Shown here: positions 1 to 12,759 of the stretch, piece by piece
How positions within the stretch are numbered: position 1 is the first letter of the stretch
Layout of the letters: every line of letters begins with the position of its first letter
From: Chrysemys picta bellii
Taxonomy: Eukaryota
Assembly (NCBI RefSeq): GCF_011386835.1
Contig: NC_088807.1
Location: 19,096,001 to 19,160,000 of the forward strand
DNA: 64,000 bases
Direction: 5' to 3'
Notes under the pieces: generated by a model
Databases searched by the model: none
The model's input: the letters and a program-made list of their open reading frames with translations, nothing else
What the model was told of the DNA's origin: nothing
Made by a program: the position numbers and the translations under genes

Positions 1-85
1 CCCTCTATCTATCTATCTATCTATCTACATCCACCCCTCTATCTAATCCACCCATCTATCTATCCCCATCCACCCCATCCACCCC

Positions 86-160
<75 letters not shown>

Positions 161-944
161 CCCATCCACCCCATCTAATCTATNNNNNNNNNNNNNNNNN
201 NNNNNNNNNNNNNNNNNNNNNNNNNNNNNNNNNNNNNNNNNNNNNNNNNNNNNNNNNNNNNNNNNNNNNNNNNNNNNNNNNNNNNNNNNNNNNNNNNNNN
301 NNNNNNNNNNNNNNNNNNNNNNNNNNNNNNNNNNNNNNNNNNNNNNNNNNNNNNNNNNNNNNNNNNNNNNNNNNNNNNNNNNNNNNNNNNNNNNNNNNNN
401 NNNNNNNNNNNNNNNNNNNNNNNNNNNNNNNNNNNNNNNNNNNNNNNNNNNNNNNNNNNNNNNNNNNNNNNNNNNNNNNNNNNNNNNNNNCTATCTATCT
501 ACATCCACCCCTCTATCTAATCCACCCATCTATCTNNNNNNNNNNNNNNNNNNNNNNNNNNNNNNNNNNNNNNNNNNNNNNNNNNNNNNNNNNNNNNNNN
601 NNNNNNNNNNNNNNNNNNNNNNNNNNNNNNNNNNNNNNNNNNNNNNNNNNNNNNNNNNNNNNNNNNNNNNNNNNNNNNNNATCTATCTATCTATCCCCAT
701 CCACCCCATCTATCTATCTATCTACATCCACCCCTCTATCTAATCCACCCATCTATCTATCCCCATCCACCCCATCTATCTATCTATCTACATCCACCCC
801 TCTATCTAATCCACCCATCTATCTATCCCCATCCACCCCATCTAATCTAATCTAATCTATTTATCTATCTATCTATCTATCTATCCCCATCCATCATCTA
901 TCTACATCCCGCTCCTCTATCTATCTAATCTCTCTACCCCCATC
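1..944. repeat. (TCTA)n/CCATC-rich microsatellite region containing two assembly gaps (N at 184-490 and 536-680)
   Basis: Directly visible TCTA tandem repeats and N runs. Confidence 0.95.
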
Positions 945-1064
945 GAGGGTGACCAAATGTCCCGATTTTATAGGGACAGTCCCAATTTTGGGGTTTTTCT
1001 TATATAGGCTCCTATTACCCCCCACCCCGTCTCAATTTTTCACACTTGCTGTCTGGTCATCCTA
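945..1064. mobile_element. hAT-type MITE (~120 bp)
   Basis: Terminal inverted repeats GAGGGTGACCA...TGGTCATCCTA; 8-bp flanks cccccatc (937-944) / tccccatc (1065-1072), 7/8 match. Confidence 0.75.
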
Positions 1065-2479
1065 TCCCCATCAACCCCATCTATCTATCCCCATCCACCT
1101 CATCCACCCCATCCATCTAATCTATCTATCTATCTATCTATCTAACATAGCCCCCAAAAATTATTTTAAACTTTTCTTATGTCAAAAAGACTCTCCTCCC
1201 AGATTTAACAGAAAAGCATGAAGTGCAGACTCCATTACCAGAGCCTGAAGAAAATTAAATGTTTAAAAAAAATTGGTAAAAATGTACAAGAAGGTTTTGT
1301 TGCTTTGGTTTTCGAGCTGGACCTATTCACACATACACCCCTCCATTTTCTACTGATTTTCTTTTGAAAAGCAAACATACATCTGTATTTTTTTAAAATG
1401 AGATCTTCCTTTAGAAAATGATTTTTTAAAAGTTGGACAAATTCAAATGCCATCCGAGGAGTTAAGTGCCATGTGCCCAAACTGAGCAACCCAAAGCGGA
1501 GAATGAAAGAAAAAAAACAGTAGCAACTTTGAAGAGATTTCTTTTAAATCAAAACTCTTGTGGTTGCCAAAAATGTAAATTTTGCAAATTGGAAAATTAG
1601 CTATTAAAAAATTTTGGACCGATTTTTTGGGGGAAAATGGGCTACCATGTGACAAAACTGACCAATCCAACATGGCAATGAGGAAACAACAAAAACCAAT
1701 CAACAAAAAACCTTGAGTTGATTTTTTTTAAATAAAAAATTTTGGAGGTGCAAAAAATTGTAATTTTTCAAAATGGGGTTTTCTAAAACAAATAATTTTA
1801 TTAGAAATGTGGAACATATGCCACAGAGACATTAAACTGACCAACTTCAAACTGCCAAGAGAAGAAAATATAACAACCATGAACTCATTTTTTTTTATTG
1901 TTTCTTTACCAAAAATTGTAATTTTGGAAAATAAAAATGTTATGTTTATTTTACTTTTTTTTAGAAAATGATCTTTACATTTTGGACCAACGCTTCCCTG
2001 GGACCACACTGGCCGATCTGAACTGGCAATAAGAACGAATAAATAAATAAATAACCCCACCTTGAAGAGAGCTTTTTTTTTGGTCAACAATTTTTCCATT
2101 TGCAAAAATTGTAATTTTTACACAGAAAAGAATTTATCTGAACATTTTGGAGACTCAACGGAGCAACATAAAGTGGCAACGAACTGGAGATCATAATAAT
2201 TATTGTATAGCACCAGTAGATTGCAAAGCGCTTCACAAAAGAGAGACTTTGGCAGAGGGAGAAACTGAGGCACAACAGGTTTGCTGCAGCCCAGTTTGGC
2301 AGGGCTCTACCCACTAGGTCGGATTGCTCTGAAGAGAGTCCACTGTAAGACATGAAGCTGAAGGGGTCAGCATGGGGGTTGTGGGTTGGATCTTAGATCT
2401 TTATTTCTCTTTTCCTTTCTGTTTAATAATTCTAATATTTCTGGGTTCTGACCTACCAGCTTCTACTACCTTGTCGTTA

Positions 2480-3150
2480 AAAAAGGGAACAAAATCTAAA
2501 TTTTTAAATTAAAAATATTCAATTTAAAATATATTTGTAATTTTATTTCATTCACTTTTAAATGATTAATATTTTAAATCATATTATTCTATTTTACTTT
2601 TAAAATGTGAACGTTTTAAATGTTCAATTTTTTATTTTCACTTTTATGTTACATTTAAAATGGTTACAATTTTAAATTGTATTTTATTTTTAATTTTTTA
2701 ATTTTAATGTAAAAATTACAATTTTACATCTTATTTGATTTCCATTTTTCATTTTCATTTTCTTTTAAAATTATTAAAATGTAAATCTGATTTTAATTTT
2801 TAATTGAGATCATTTACTTTAAAATTTATTAAAATTTTAAATCTGATTTTATTTTAACATTCATGGTTTTATTTTATTCTATGTTCATTTACTTTACAGT
2901 TATTAAAAGGTTAAACTTTCAATCATATTTCATTGTAATGTTTCATTGTGGCTAGTTTAATTTAGTTTAAAAATATTAACATTTTAAATCTTACTTAATT
3001 TTTAGTTTAATTTTACTGTCCTGTACATATAAAATATTTTATTTTTGATGTAACCATTATTTTAAAAGGGATTTTCTTTTGTTAGAACCTCAATTCTATC
3101 TTAAAGAAGTATTTTTTGGTCTGGGAATCTCCTTAATTAATTAATTAAAT
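2480..3150. repeat. AT-rich low-complexity tract
   Basis: TTTTAAAT-rich, very low GC, no credible ORF. Confidence 0.7.
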
Positions 3151-3840
3151 GGTTTATGCCCATAAATCCAACTTCACAAAGTTTTTTGGCTGGGAATTCC
3201 CTTGCTTCTTGTGTCTCTCCCTGGGATGTACCATGTGTAATGAGTTGGGGTGGGGGGTCTCAGCCTTGCCATGGTGTGGCTCCTTGCCATGGGATCTACC
3301 ATGTGCGGTGAGTTGGGTGAGATCTCAGCCCCGCCCTGGGGTGTGGGTCTCTTCCAGTCATTCCTGGGGGCTGTCAGTGTCCCCCGATTGCACAATGGGG
3401 CTAACTGGGGGCTGGTTCAGGGTCAGCTTCATGTTCCCCGGAGCTTGATCCCTCGGTGCATTTCCAGAAGCGGCGCCACAGCTGGACGAGTCGCCCCCCA
3501 ATCCCCAACCACACAGCGCCCCTCCCCTTACCACATATCCCCCTTCCCCAAAATGAACCATCATTCTCCTGCCTTCTCTTATTACCCCTCCCCACCCCTC
3601 TGATCAGACCCATGGACCCATCTCCCCTGGATCAGACCCAGAGGCCCATCTACCCTAGTATCCTGCCCCCTCTCTGCACCCCGGATCAGACCCACGGGCC
3701 CATCTACCCTGGTATCCTGTCCCCCAGATCAAACCCACAGACCCATCTACTCTGGTATCCGGCCCACCCCCCCAAATGGGCACCCCCTGCTCCCTCCGCC
3801 CCCCAAAGGAGTTTGCAGACGGCCATACAGAGCCAACATC

Positions 3841-3846
3841 TTTATT
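3841..3846 (-). terminator. Putative poly(A) signal of ZNF524
   Basis: TTTATT on + strand (AATAAA on -), about 480 nt downstream of the stop codon. Confidence 0.5.
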
Positions 3847-4320
3847 GAGTCCGCTGGGTGAGCGCCTGGGACAGCATCTTAGTATGACAATGTGCGCCCC
3901 CCCAGACACAGTCATTCCCTTCATGTGCCTCCGCCCCCCCAGACACAGTTGTTCCCTCCTCCCCACATCCCCGGAGGGATAGTGCCTGGTGGGGCGGTGG
4001 CTCCTTGCCCCGCCCACTGAATCCCCAGGGGTCATGGCATCATGCAGGACAGTCAGTAGGGGCAGCAGCCCTGACCCCCAGCCTCACTCCATCCCCCCGG
4101 GACCTGGCACGATCCAGGGGTCCCTGCCCCCTTCTCCCTGGGATCCCAGTGCAGCTGGGGTGGGGCTGAACCTCAGCCTTGCTCCATCCCCAGTGACCCC
4201 ATCTCCCAGGGACCCCCAACTTCATTCCATCCCCAATGCCCCCCATCCCCAGGGAGCCCAGTGCAGTTGAGGGGGCTTCACCCCCCGCCTCGCTTCATCC
4301 CCCCCGGGCCGCCAGTGCTC

Positions 4321-5283
4321 TCAGGGGGGCCCCACCTCCTGGCTGCCCTCCCCTGCCCACCCGGGCCGGCCCTCGCCCCCGTCGGCCCAGGCGCCCGGCC
4401 CGGCACCCTGGTAGCAGGCCTCGCGGGCGTGTTTGCGCTTGGCGTGCCGCCGGAGGGTGTTGCGCTCGGTGAAGCGCAGACGGCAGAGTGGGCACTGGTA
4501 GGGCTTCTCGCCCGTGTGCACCCGCTGGTGCCGCAGCAGCTCGCCCGACTCCCGGAAGCCCTTCTGGCAGACGGCGCAGCGGAAAGGGCGCTCGCCGGTG
4601 TGGATGTGCCGGTGCCGCTGGAGGTGGGAGGCCCGCTTGAAGGACTTGCCGCAGGCCCGGCACAGGTGGGGCTTGTGCTCTGAGTGGCTGATGCGGTGCC
4701 GCTCCAGGTCCGAGAGGTACAGGAAGGCCCGCCGGCACACGGGACAGCAGTGCGCCCGCCGGGGGGCCGGGGCCGGCCCCGCCTCCAAGTCCCGCCGGGA
4801 CACCGTGTAGGGCACACCCTGGGCGTCGATCAGCAGCAGGTTGTCCTCCGGTTGGCCCTCATGGGGCGATGGTGGGACGCCCGCTCCTGCTGCCTCCGGG
4901 GGGAGGAGCCAGCCGGGGCCGGCCAGCCGGCTGCGATAGGGGCCCCGTGGCTTCGGGGGCGGGGCTCGTGGGGGGTCCCCAGCCCGGGGCCACCCTGTCA
5001 GGGCCGAGTGCAGCTTGGGACCCCACGTCGCCCTCGGGCCTGGCTTGGGGGGCTCCGGCTGGGCCCGCGACACCCCCGGGCACTCCGGCCGCCTGCCCCG
5101 GGCTGCAGCCTCGCCCCATTTGGGCGTGGGCTGGGCGTAGCGGGCACTGGCTGGCCAGATCCCCGTCACCTCCAGGTCCTGCCAGGCGTGGCTGCCAGGG
5201 TGGCCCTCGCCTCCCTCTGCCGTCTTCGAGGGTGGGCTGCCCCGCTGCGCGCCGTCCCACTCCCTCCGCTGGGCTGGCTCCAT
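4321..5283 (-). CDS. ZNF524: Zinc finger protein 524 orthologue, 320 aa, 4 C2H2 fingers, single coding exon
   Basis: Motif [13 protein letters not shown] followed by [29 protein letters not shown]...[16 protein letters not shown] matches recalled human ZNF524; splice acceptor at 5326-5327 (exon begins 5325); neighbours FIZ1 and ZNF579 as in mammals. Confidence 0.88.
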   Translation of the reverse strand: MEPAQRREWDGAQRGSPPSKTAEGGEGHPGSHAWQDLEVTGIWPASARYAQPTPKWGEAAARGRRPECPGVSRAQPEPPKPGPRATWGPKLHSALTGWPRAGDPPRAPPPKPRGPYRSRLAGPGWLLPPEAAGAGVPPSPHEGQPEDNLLLIDAQGVPYTVSRRDLEAGPAPAPRRAHCCPVCRRAFLYLSDLERHRISHSEHKPHLCRACGKSFKRASHLQRHRHIHTGERPFRCAVCQKGFRESGELLRHQRVHTGEKPYQCPLCRLRFTERNTLRRHAKRKHAREACYQGAGPGAWADGGEGRPGWAGEGSQEVGPP

Positions 5284-5454
5284 CCGGTGGCTGTGTCGGC
5301 ACTCCGTTCGCCTACCTGGCCATCGCTGCGGGGCAAGGGGACAGGTTGAGAGCCGGAGACGCCCCAGCGGGTCCCATCTACCCTGGAGCCAGGGCGGGAT
5401 CGTTCCGTCATCTACTCCCCGCCCCCGACACTGTCAGTGATGGAGAATCCACCT

Positions 5455-5605
5455 GTGGTTAATTACTCCCACCGTTAAAAAGGGACGCCTCGTTTCCAGT
5501 CGGAATTTGTCTAGCGTTAGCTTCCAGCCATTGGATGGTGTTAGACCTTCCTCTGCTAGACTGAAGAGCCAGTTAGTATATATTTGTTCCCCAGGGAGGT
5601 ACTGA
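5455..5605 (-). mobile_element. CR1 LINE fragment (ORF2 C-terminus)
   Basis: Translates to LFSLAEEGLTPSNGWKLTLDKFRLETRRPFLTVGVINH, a CR1 ORF2 C-terminal signature. Confidence 0.8.
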
Positions 5606-6114
5606 TAGCCGGAGAGGAGGAGCGTGGCAGGGGAGGGCGCCGAGCCCGGCCGCGGCCCCGCTCTTCCCGGCCGGCCTGAGCGCCAGGGGAGGGCAGCGAG
5701 CCCACCGTGGCTCCGCTCTCCCCGGCGTCCGGAGCACCAGGAGGAGGGCGGAGAGCCCGGGCAGGGCCCCGCTCTCCCCAGGTGAGCACCGCCCCCCTCC
5801 AGGTGCCGCCCCAAGCACATGCTTGGAGGGCTGGTGCTTGGAGGGCTGGTGCCTGGAGCCAGCCCTGGCTGCAGGACCAGATCCAGGGGTAAAATAACCT
5901 TTCTGCGCTTACTCGAGATTCCCGTTTCCCATGATTGTATTAGGTCTTTTGGCCACAGCATGGCACCGGGCTCCTGTTCTGCTGATTATCCACCACGCCC
6001 CCCCACAAATCTTTGTCAGAGTCGCTGCTCCCCAGGAGAGAGTCCCCCAGCCCGCACGCACGGCCGACATCTCTGTTCCTAGCTGGATACATTGGCATTT
6101 AGCCGTATTAAAAC

Positions 6115-7771
6115 TAGGGCTGTCAAACGATTAAAAACATTATTTGCAGTTTTAATCGCACTGTTAAACAATAATAGAATACCAATTGAAATGTGTTATA
6201 AATATTTGTCGGTGTTTTTCTACTTTTTCAAATATGCTGATTTCAATTACAACACAGAATACAAAGTGTACAGTGCTTACTTTATATTATTATATTTTAT
6301 TACAACTATTTGCACTGTAAAAGAGATAAAAGAAATAGTATTTTTCAGTTCAGCTCCTACAAGTACTGTAGTGCAATCTCTTCATCGGAAAAGTGCAACT
6401 TACAAATGTAGATTTTGTTGTTGTTACATAACTGCACTCAAAAACAGAACAATGTAAAACTTCAGAGCCTACAAGTCCACTCAGTCCTACTTCTTGTTCA
6501 GCCAATCGCTCAGACAAACAAGTTTCTTTACATTTGCAGGAGATAATGCTGCCCGCTTATATTGCACCAGAAAGTGAGAACAGGCGTTCGCATGGCACTG
6601 TTGTAGCCGGCATCGCAAGATATTTACGTACCAAATGCGCTAAAGATTCATATGTCCCTTCATGCTTCAGCCACCATTCCAGAGGACATGCGGCCATGCT
6701 GCTGACGGGTTCTGCTCGAGAACGAGCCAAAGCAGAGCGGCCCGACGCATGTTCATTTTCACCATCCGAGTCAGATGCCACCAGCAGAAGGTTGATTTTC
6801 TTTTTTGGTGGTTCGGGTTCTGTAGTTTCCACATCGGAGTGTTGCTCTTTTAAGCCTTCTGAAAGCATGCTCCACCTCGTTCCTCTCAGATTTTGGACGG
6901 CACTTCAGAGTCTTAAACCTTGGGTCGAGTGCTGTAGCTATCTTTTGAAATCTCAAATTGGTACCTTCTTTGCGTTTTGTCAAATCTGCAATGAAAGTGT
7001 CCTTAAAACGGACAGCATGTGCTGGGTCGTCATCCGAGACTGCTATAACATGAAATATATGGCAGAATGCAGGTAAAACAGAGCAGGGGACATAGAATTC
7101 TCCCCCAAGGAGTGCAGCCACAAATTTAATTAATACATTATTTTTTAACAGCATCATCAGCATGGAAGCATGTCCTCTGGAATGGTGGCTGAAGCATGAA
7201 CGGGCCTATGAATGTTTACCATATCTGGCACATAAATACCTTGTACCGCCGGCTACAAAAGTGCCATGCGAACGCCTGTTCTGACTTTCAGGTGACATTG
7301 TAAATAAGAAGCGGGCAGCATTATCTCCCGTAAATGTAAACAAACTTGTTTGTCTGAGCGATTGGCTGAACAAGAAGTAGGACTGAGTGGACTTGTAGGC
7401 TCTAAAGTTTTACAGCATTTTGGTTCTGCGTGCAGTTACGTAACAAAAAAAATCTACATTTGTAAATTGCACTTTCTGGTGAGAAGATTGCACTACAGGA
7501 CTTGTCTGAGGCGAACCGAAAAATACTATTTCTTTTATCATTTTTACAGTGCAAATATTTGTAATCAAAAATAAAAATATGAAGCGAGCACTGTGCACTT
7601 TGTATTCGGTGTTGAAATGGATGTTTGAAAATGTAGAAAAACATCCAAAAATATTCATAATAAATTTCAATTGATATTCTATTGTTTAACAGTGCAATTA
7701 AAACTGCGATTGATCACGATTAATTTTTTGCGTTAATCGCGTGAGTTAACTGCGATGAATTGCCAGCCCTA
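6115..7771. mobile_element. Non-autonomous hAT DNA transposon (1657 bp) with transposase C-terminal remnants
   Basis: TIRs TAGGGCTGTCAA / TTGCCAGCCCTA; perfect 8-bp TSD ATTAAAAC (6107-6114, 7772-7779); hAT dimerisation-domain remnant CPLEWWLKHEGTYESLAHLVRKYLAMPATTVPCERLFSLSG on - strand. Confidence 0.92.
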
Positions 7772-7809
7772 ATTAAAACGCACCGTTTGCTTGCGCCCAG
7801 TTTTCCAAG

Positions 7810-8200
7810 AGACCAGATTGCTCTGAGTCAGTGACCTGGCCTCTGTGTTATTTCCCAGGCCCTCAGTCTTTGTGTCATCTGCAAACCTGAGCAGTGATTT
7901 TATGTTTTCTGCCAGGCCATTGATAAAAACATTAAATCACGTAGGGCCAAGAACCGTAGGGACCCCACTAGAAATCACGTACGGACCCCACTAGAAACAC
8001 GTGATGATTCCCTGCTAAGAGTTACATTTTGAGCCCTCTCAGTTGGCCAGGGTTTTTTTAAGCCATTTATTGTGGGCCACGTTCATTTGGTATCGTTCTA
8101 GTTTCTTAATCAAAATGTCGTGCGGTACCAAGTCAAATAACTTGCAGAAGTCTAAGGCTATTAAATTGGCATTATTATCTTTAGCAACCACTAGACGACA
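7810..8200 (-). mobile_element. CR1 LINE reverse transcriptase fragment
   Basis: Translates to NLIALDFCKLFDLVPHDILIKKL (CR1 RT-like). Confidence 0.75.
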
Positions 8201-8764
8201 CTCCCCTTGCAAAGCTGGAGAGAGAACCCAGGAGTCCTGGCTCCCAGCCCCCCTGCTGTAACCAGCAGATCCCACTCCCCTCCCAGAGCAGGGGATAGAA
8301 CCCAGGAGTCCTGAGTCCCACTCCCAACAGCTTCCTGCTCCTGTCCCCCAATCCACCTTCCTTCTCATCCCTCCTTTCTCCCTCTGGCCCCCCACCAATT
8401 CCCCCTTCTCCCCTCTCCATAACAGTGCCCCCCACACCTGCCCTCCCCAGCTCTCTCCATTCCCTGCACTGCTCCCTCTGGGCACCTGTCCCTCCAGGGC
8501 ACAGATACCCCCCCGTCCCTAGCCAGTGTCCACTGCCTGCACCTAGGAAGGTGATCAGGAATGTGCAGCGCCTTGCACCTCCTGACATGCTGTGCCGCCC
8601 TGATAGGGGCCAGGAGGGGCGCCTCTCCCGTGGCAGCAGGGCTGGATGCAGGCAGCTTCTGAGACAGCTGTATCAGGCGGAGGGAGAGCGGTGGGTGTAG
8701 GGCATCAGAGCCAGGGCCCTGCCCGCCTGCCAGATAGGGAGGGGGCGGAGATGGAATGGGCATG

Positions 8765-9650
8765 GGTGTGTCTGTCTGTGTGTCCTGTGTGTCCTCTATC
8801 TATGTGTCCCTGTGTCTGTCTGTGCAACCCTGTGTCTGTCTCGGTGTGTCCTGTGTCTGTCTGTGTGTGCATCCCTGTGTCTATCTGCCTGCCTATGTCT
8901 GTCTGTGTGTCCTCTGTCTGTGCATCTGTGTGTGTCTGTCTGTTTGTGCATACCTGTGTGTGTCCTGTGTCTCTGTCTGTGTGTCCCTCTGTCTGTGCGT
9001 CCTTGTGTCTATCTTTCTGTGTGTCCTGTGTCCGTCTGTATGTCCCTGTGTCTGTGCATCCCAGTGTGTGTCTGTCTGTGTGTCCTGTATCTGTCAGTGC
9101 ATCCCAGTGTCTGTCTGTCTGCGTGTCCTGTGTCTGTTTGTGCATCCTGGTATCTGTCTGTCTGTGCATCCCTGTGTCCGTCTGTATGTCCCTGTCTCTG
9201 TCTGTGCATCCCAGTGTCTGTCTGTCTGCGTGTCCTGTGTCTGTTTGTGCATCCTGGTATCTGTCTGTCTGTACCTCCCGGTGTCTGTCTGTATGTCCCT
9301 GTGTCTGTCTGTGCATCCCACTGTGTGTCTGTCTGTGTGTCTCGTATCTGTCAGTGCATCCCAGTGTCTGTCTGTGTGTCCTGTGTCTGTCTGTGCATCC
9401 TGGTATCTGTCTGTCTCTGCATCCCGGTGTCTGTCTGTGTATCCTGTGTCTGTCTGTGTGTCCTGTGTCTGTTTGTCTGTGTGTCCCTATGTCCATCTGT
9501 CTGTGCATCCCGGTTTCTTCCTGTCTGTCTATGTGTCCTGTGTCTATCTGTGTATCCCTGTCATGTCTGTCTGACTGTGTGTCTTGTGTCTGTCGGTGCG
9601 TCCCTGTGTCCATCTGCGTGTGTGTCCCTGTGTCTGTCGGTGTCCCGGTG
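8765..9650. repeat. TGTC/TGTG-rich composite low-complexity repeat
   Basis: Degenerate units such as tgtctgtctgtgcatccc; accounts for the long Cys/Val- and Thr/Asp-rich spurious ORFs. Confidence 0.9.
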
Positions 9651-9739
9651 TCTCTCCTCTCCCCCCCACTCCCGTCCTCACGCACAGCCCAGACCCCCTC
9701 CCCAGGCTGCCCCAGACCCCTCCCCTGACATTCGCCTCC

Positions 9740-10065
9740 CCCCCGGGCAGGCCGCTGCGGTGCCGGGCGGCGGAGTCGGGGCGGCCGGAGCCCGCCAGCC
9801 CGTGCGGCTCCCCATGCCGGAGCCGGCTGCTGCCCGGGGCGCGGGCGAGTCGGTACCTGCTTCTCGTTCTCATCCCCGCAGCTGGGCGCAAGGGGCGGGC
9901 GCGCTGCGCTCTGCGTCCGGCAGGAAACCGCTCCAGGCCCGCTCCCAGCAGCCGGAGCCGGGCCGGGGCACCGGGACCCAGCAGAGCCCCCGGCCGAGAG
10001 CAGGAACCCAGCCCCGGCTCCGGAGTCTGCTGGGTCCCAGTGCCCGGCCGGACCATGGCACTAAG
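9740..10065 (-). promoter_or_regulatory. CpG island, probable ZNF524 promoter and non-coding first exon (donor CAG|GTACCG at 9857/9856)
   Basis: Dense CpGs, GC boxes (GGGGCGGGC) and a minus-strand splice donor upstream of the ZNF524 coding exon. Confidence 0.5.
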
Positions 10066-10067
10066 GG

Positions 10068-10880
10068 TCCCCCCTCCCCGGACACAGAGTCGCCGAGATC
10101 GGGGCCCCGTCGGGCCGGGCGCTGCCCAGACACGGAGTCACCAAGATCGGGGCCCCGTCGGGCCGGGCGCTGCCCGGACACACAGTCCCCGAGATCAGGG
10201 CCCCGTCGGGCCGGGCGCTGCCCGGGCACAGAGTCACCGAGATCGGGGCCCCGTCAGGTCGGGCGCTGCCCAGACACAGAGTCACCGAGATCGGAGCCCG
10301 TCGGGCCGGGCGCTGCCCAGACACAGAGTCACCGAGATCGGGGCCCCGTCGGGCCGGGCGCTGCCCAGACACAGAGTCACCGAGATCGGGGCCCCGTCGG
10401 GCCGGGCGCTGCCCAGACACAGAGTCACCGAGATCGGGGCCCGTCGGGCCGGGCGCTGCCCAGACACAGAGTCACCGAGATCGGGGCCCGTTGGGCCGGG
10501 CGCTGCCCAGACACAGAGTCACCGAGATCGGGGCCCGTCGGGCCGGGCGCTGCCCAGACACAGAGTCACCGAGATCGGGCCCCGTCGGGCCGGGCGCTGC
10601 CCACACACAGAGTCACCGAGATCGGGCCCCGTCAGGTCGGGCGCTGCCCAGACACAGAGTCACCGAGATCGGGGCCCCGTCGGGCCGGGCGCTGCCCGGA
10701 CACACAGTCCCCGAGATCGGGGCCCGTCGGGCCGGGCGCTGCCCGGACACAGAGTCACCGAGATCGGGGCCCCGTTGGGCCGGGCGCTGCCCAGACACAG
10801 AGTCACTGAGATCGGGGCCCCGTCAGGTCGGGCGCTGCCCAGACACAGAGTCACCGAGATCCGGGCCCCGACGGGCCGGG
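10068..10880 (+). repeat. ~49-50 bp GC-rich minisatellite, about 16 copies
   Basis: Unit cccagacacagagtcaccgagatcggggccccgtcgggccgggcgctg. Confidence 0.95.
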
Positions 10881-11202
10881 TGCTGCCCCCCACTTTCACG
10901 CCACCCCTTGTCCTGAGGCTCTGCCCTCACACTGTCTCTTGTCCCCACCCTCGCACCACCGCTTCCCCCAAGACCTCACCCCCATTCGTTCCTCTCTGGC
11001 CCCTCCTTTCCCCCTCGGTTGCTCGCCCTCCTGGCCAGTAACAAGTGATGGGGCCTTGGTCCCCTGGCCTCCCCTGTTCTGGCACCCCTAGCTGGGCATC
11101 CCTGTAAGTTCTTCCCTACCCCTGATCCTGTCCAAATTCTTCTTTCTTGGGCATGGGGGAGCAGCCTGGTACGCCACGAGGGCTCAGCCGGGCTGAGGGG
11201 GG

Positions 11203-11510
11203 ATATAATCGAGGTCTATAAAATCATGACTGATGTGGAGAAAGTGAATAGAGAAGTGTTATTTACTCCTTCCCATAACACAAGAACCAGGGGTCACCCA
11301 ATGAAATTAACAGGCAGCAGGATTAAAACAAACCACAGGAAGTATTTCTTCACCCAACACACAGTCAGCCTGTGGAACTCCTCGCCAGGGGATGTTGTGG
11401 AGGCCAAAAGTATAACTGGGTACAAAAAAGAGCTGGCTAAGTTCCTGGAGGATCGGTCCATCAATGGCTATTAGCCAGGATGGGCAGGGTTGCAATCCCA
11501 TTTCTTCTGT
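11203..11510 (+). mobile_element. CR1 LINE 3' end
   Basis: ORF 11226-11474 ([10 protein letters not shown]...[13 protein letters not shown]...GY*) is a CR1 ORF2 C-terminus. Confidence 0.85.
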
Positions 11511-11847
11511 CACTCCAGCCTTCAGGGCCGTCCAAATCTTCCTGTATAATCTTCCGATGTTGCCCAGCAGATTCCGTTAGCGCACCCCTAGGGGCCTTTT
11601 GCGCCAAAGTCAGGAATGAAGATCTTGAGTAAGATTGGTCCCAAGACCGATCTTTGAGGGACTCCACTCATAGCCAACCTCCCGTCCGATAATTCACCTT
11701 CCAGCATGGCCCGCTGCAGTCACCCCGCTGGACAGTTCCTCACCCACCTCCCAGTTCCCCATCTTCTCTCATGTAACTACGATTTCCCCAGGTGGCATCA
11801 TGTCAACTGCTGCCCTGAAGTCCAAGGATATCTAATCTCTATCTGTG

Positions 11848-12011
11848 GGGGAGGGATAGCTCAGTGGTTTGAGTATTGGCCTGCTAAACCCAGGGTTGTG
11901 AGTTCAGTCCTTGGGGGGGGCATTTAGGAAACTAGGGTAAAAATCTGTCTGGGGATTGGTCCTGCAGGGGTTGGACTAGATGACCTCCTGAGGTCCTTGC
12001 CAACCCTATAA
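11848..12011 (+). mobile_element. tRNA-derived turtle-type SINE with CR1-like tail
   Basis: A box GATAGCTCAGTGG, B box GTGAGTTCAGTCC, tail ggttggactagatgacctcctgaggtcc. Confidence 0.85.
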
Positions 12012-12759
12012 TTTTACTGCACTTCTCTTATCTAAAGCATCAGTTATTGTCACAAAGCAGGAAGTCTGGCAAGTCTGGCATAATGCCCCTTGGGTTTACA
12101 TCCCCTCTTCCATTTACCTCCAGGAATTTGATCATACTCGTCTTCACATTTCGTTCTTAAGCCTCGGCTCCAACTGAGATTGGACTAACAGGCCTGCAGT
12201 TGACCGGGTCACTTTTTCCACCTTTCTGAAACATAACTACGACGCTTCTCCAGTCACACGGCGATCGGTCACCAACCTTCGCACACGCGTTCTTTCCGTA
12301 TCATGGGGCAGAAAGTGCAGGCTTCACCCCTAGCGCTCTCGCTGGCATGTTGCCCAATAATATGATGGATTCATTATAAAAAGAACTGAGCCAGAAATGA
12401 TCTCTCAGTTGAGATAGATTGCTTAAAAATACCTGGTCCGAAGGCACGGCTGCTGTCTGCCCGTATGCAGATGCCCAGCTTTAAGCTGGTGAATGAAGTC
12501 ACCAAAGTCAATCGGACTATTCAGGCTTAAAGATCAGCACAAATCTATTGTTGTTGTTATTTATTAGGTGGATTACGGTAGCGCGTTGGAGCCCCAGTTA
12601 TGGCCCAGGGCCCAGTGCTAGGTGCTGTACGTTATTTATTAGGTGTATTACGGTAGCACTAGAACAATGGTCCATGAGCCGCACACACGGATCAGAGAGT
12701 CCCTGCCCCAGAGAGTGGACAATCAGGGCCTAAGAATGGACTCGCACTGCAAATATGAA

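Noticed and set aside
184-680. Duplicated sequence flanking the N runs
   Set aside because: It is a scaffolding or gap-fill feature within a microsatellite, not biology.
10068-10880. Regularly spaced repeats superficially like a CRISPR array (also 16430-16765, 44575-44880, 63180-63645)
   Set aside because: There are no unique spacers, the context is eukaryotic and no cas genes are present; these are plain tandem repeats.
8646-11041. Long ORFs of 272-665 aa (e.g. 8812-10809, 9584-11041, 8705-9685)
   Set aside because: They are stop-free translations of the TGTC repeat and the 50-bp minisatellite, with no domain content.
11848-11925. tRNA gene candidates (also 19321 and 20178)
   Set aside because: They have A/B boxes but no closed acceptor stem, and they continue into a CR1-type tail, so they are SINE heads.
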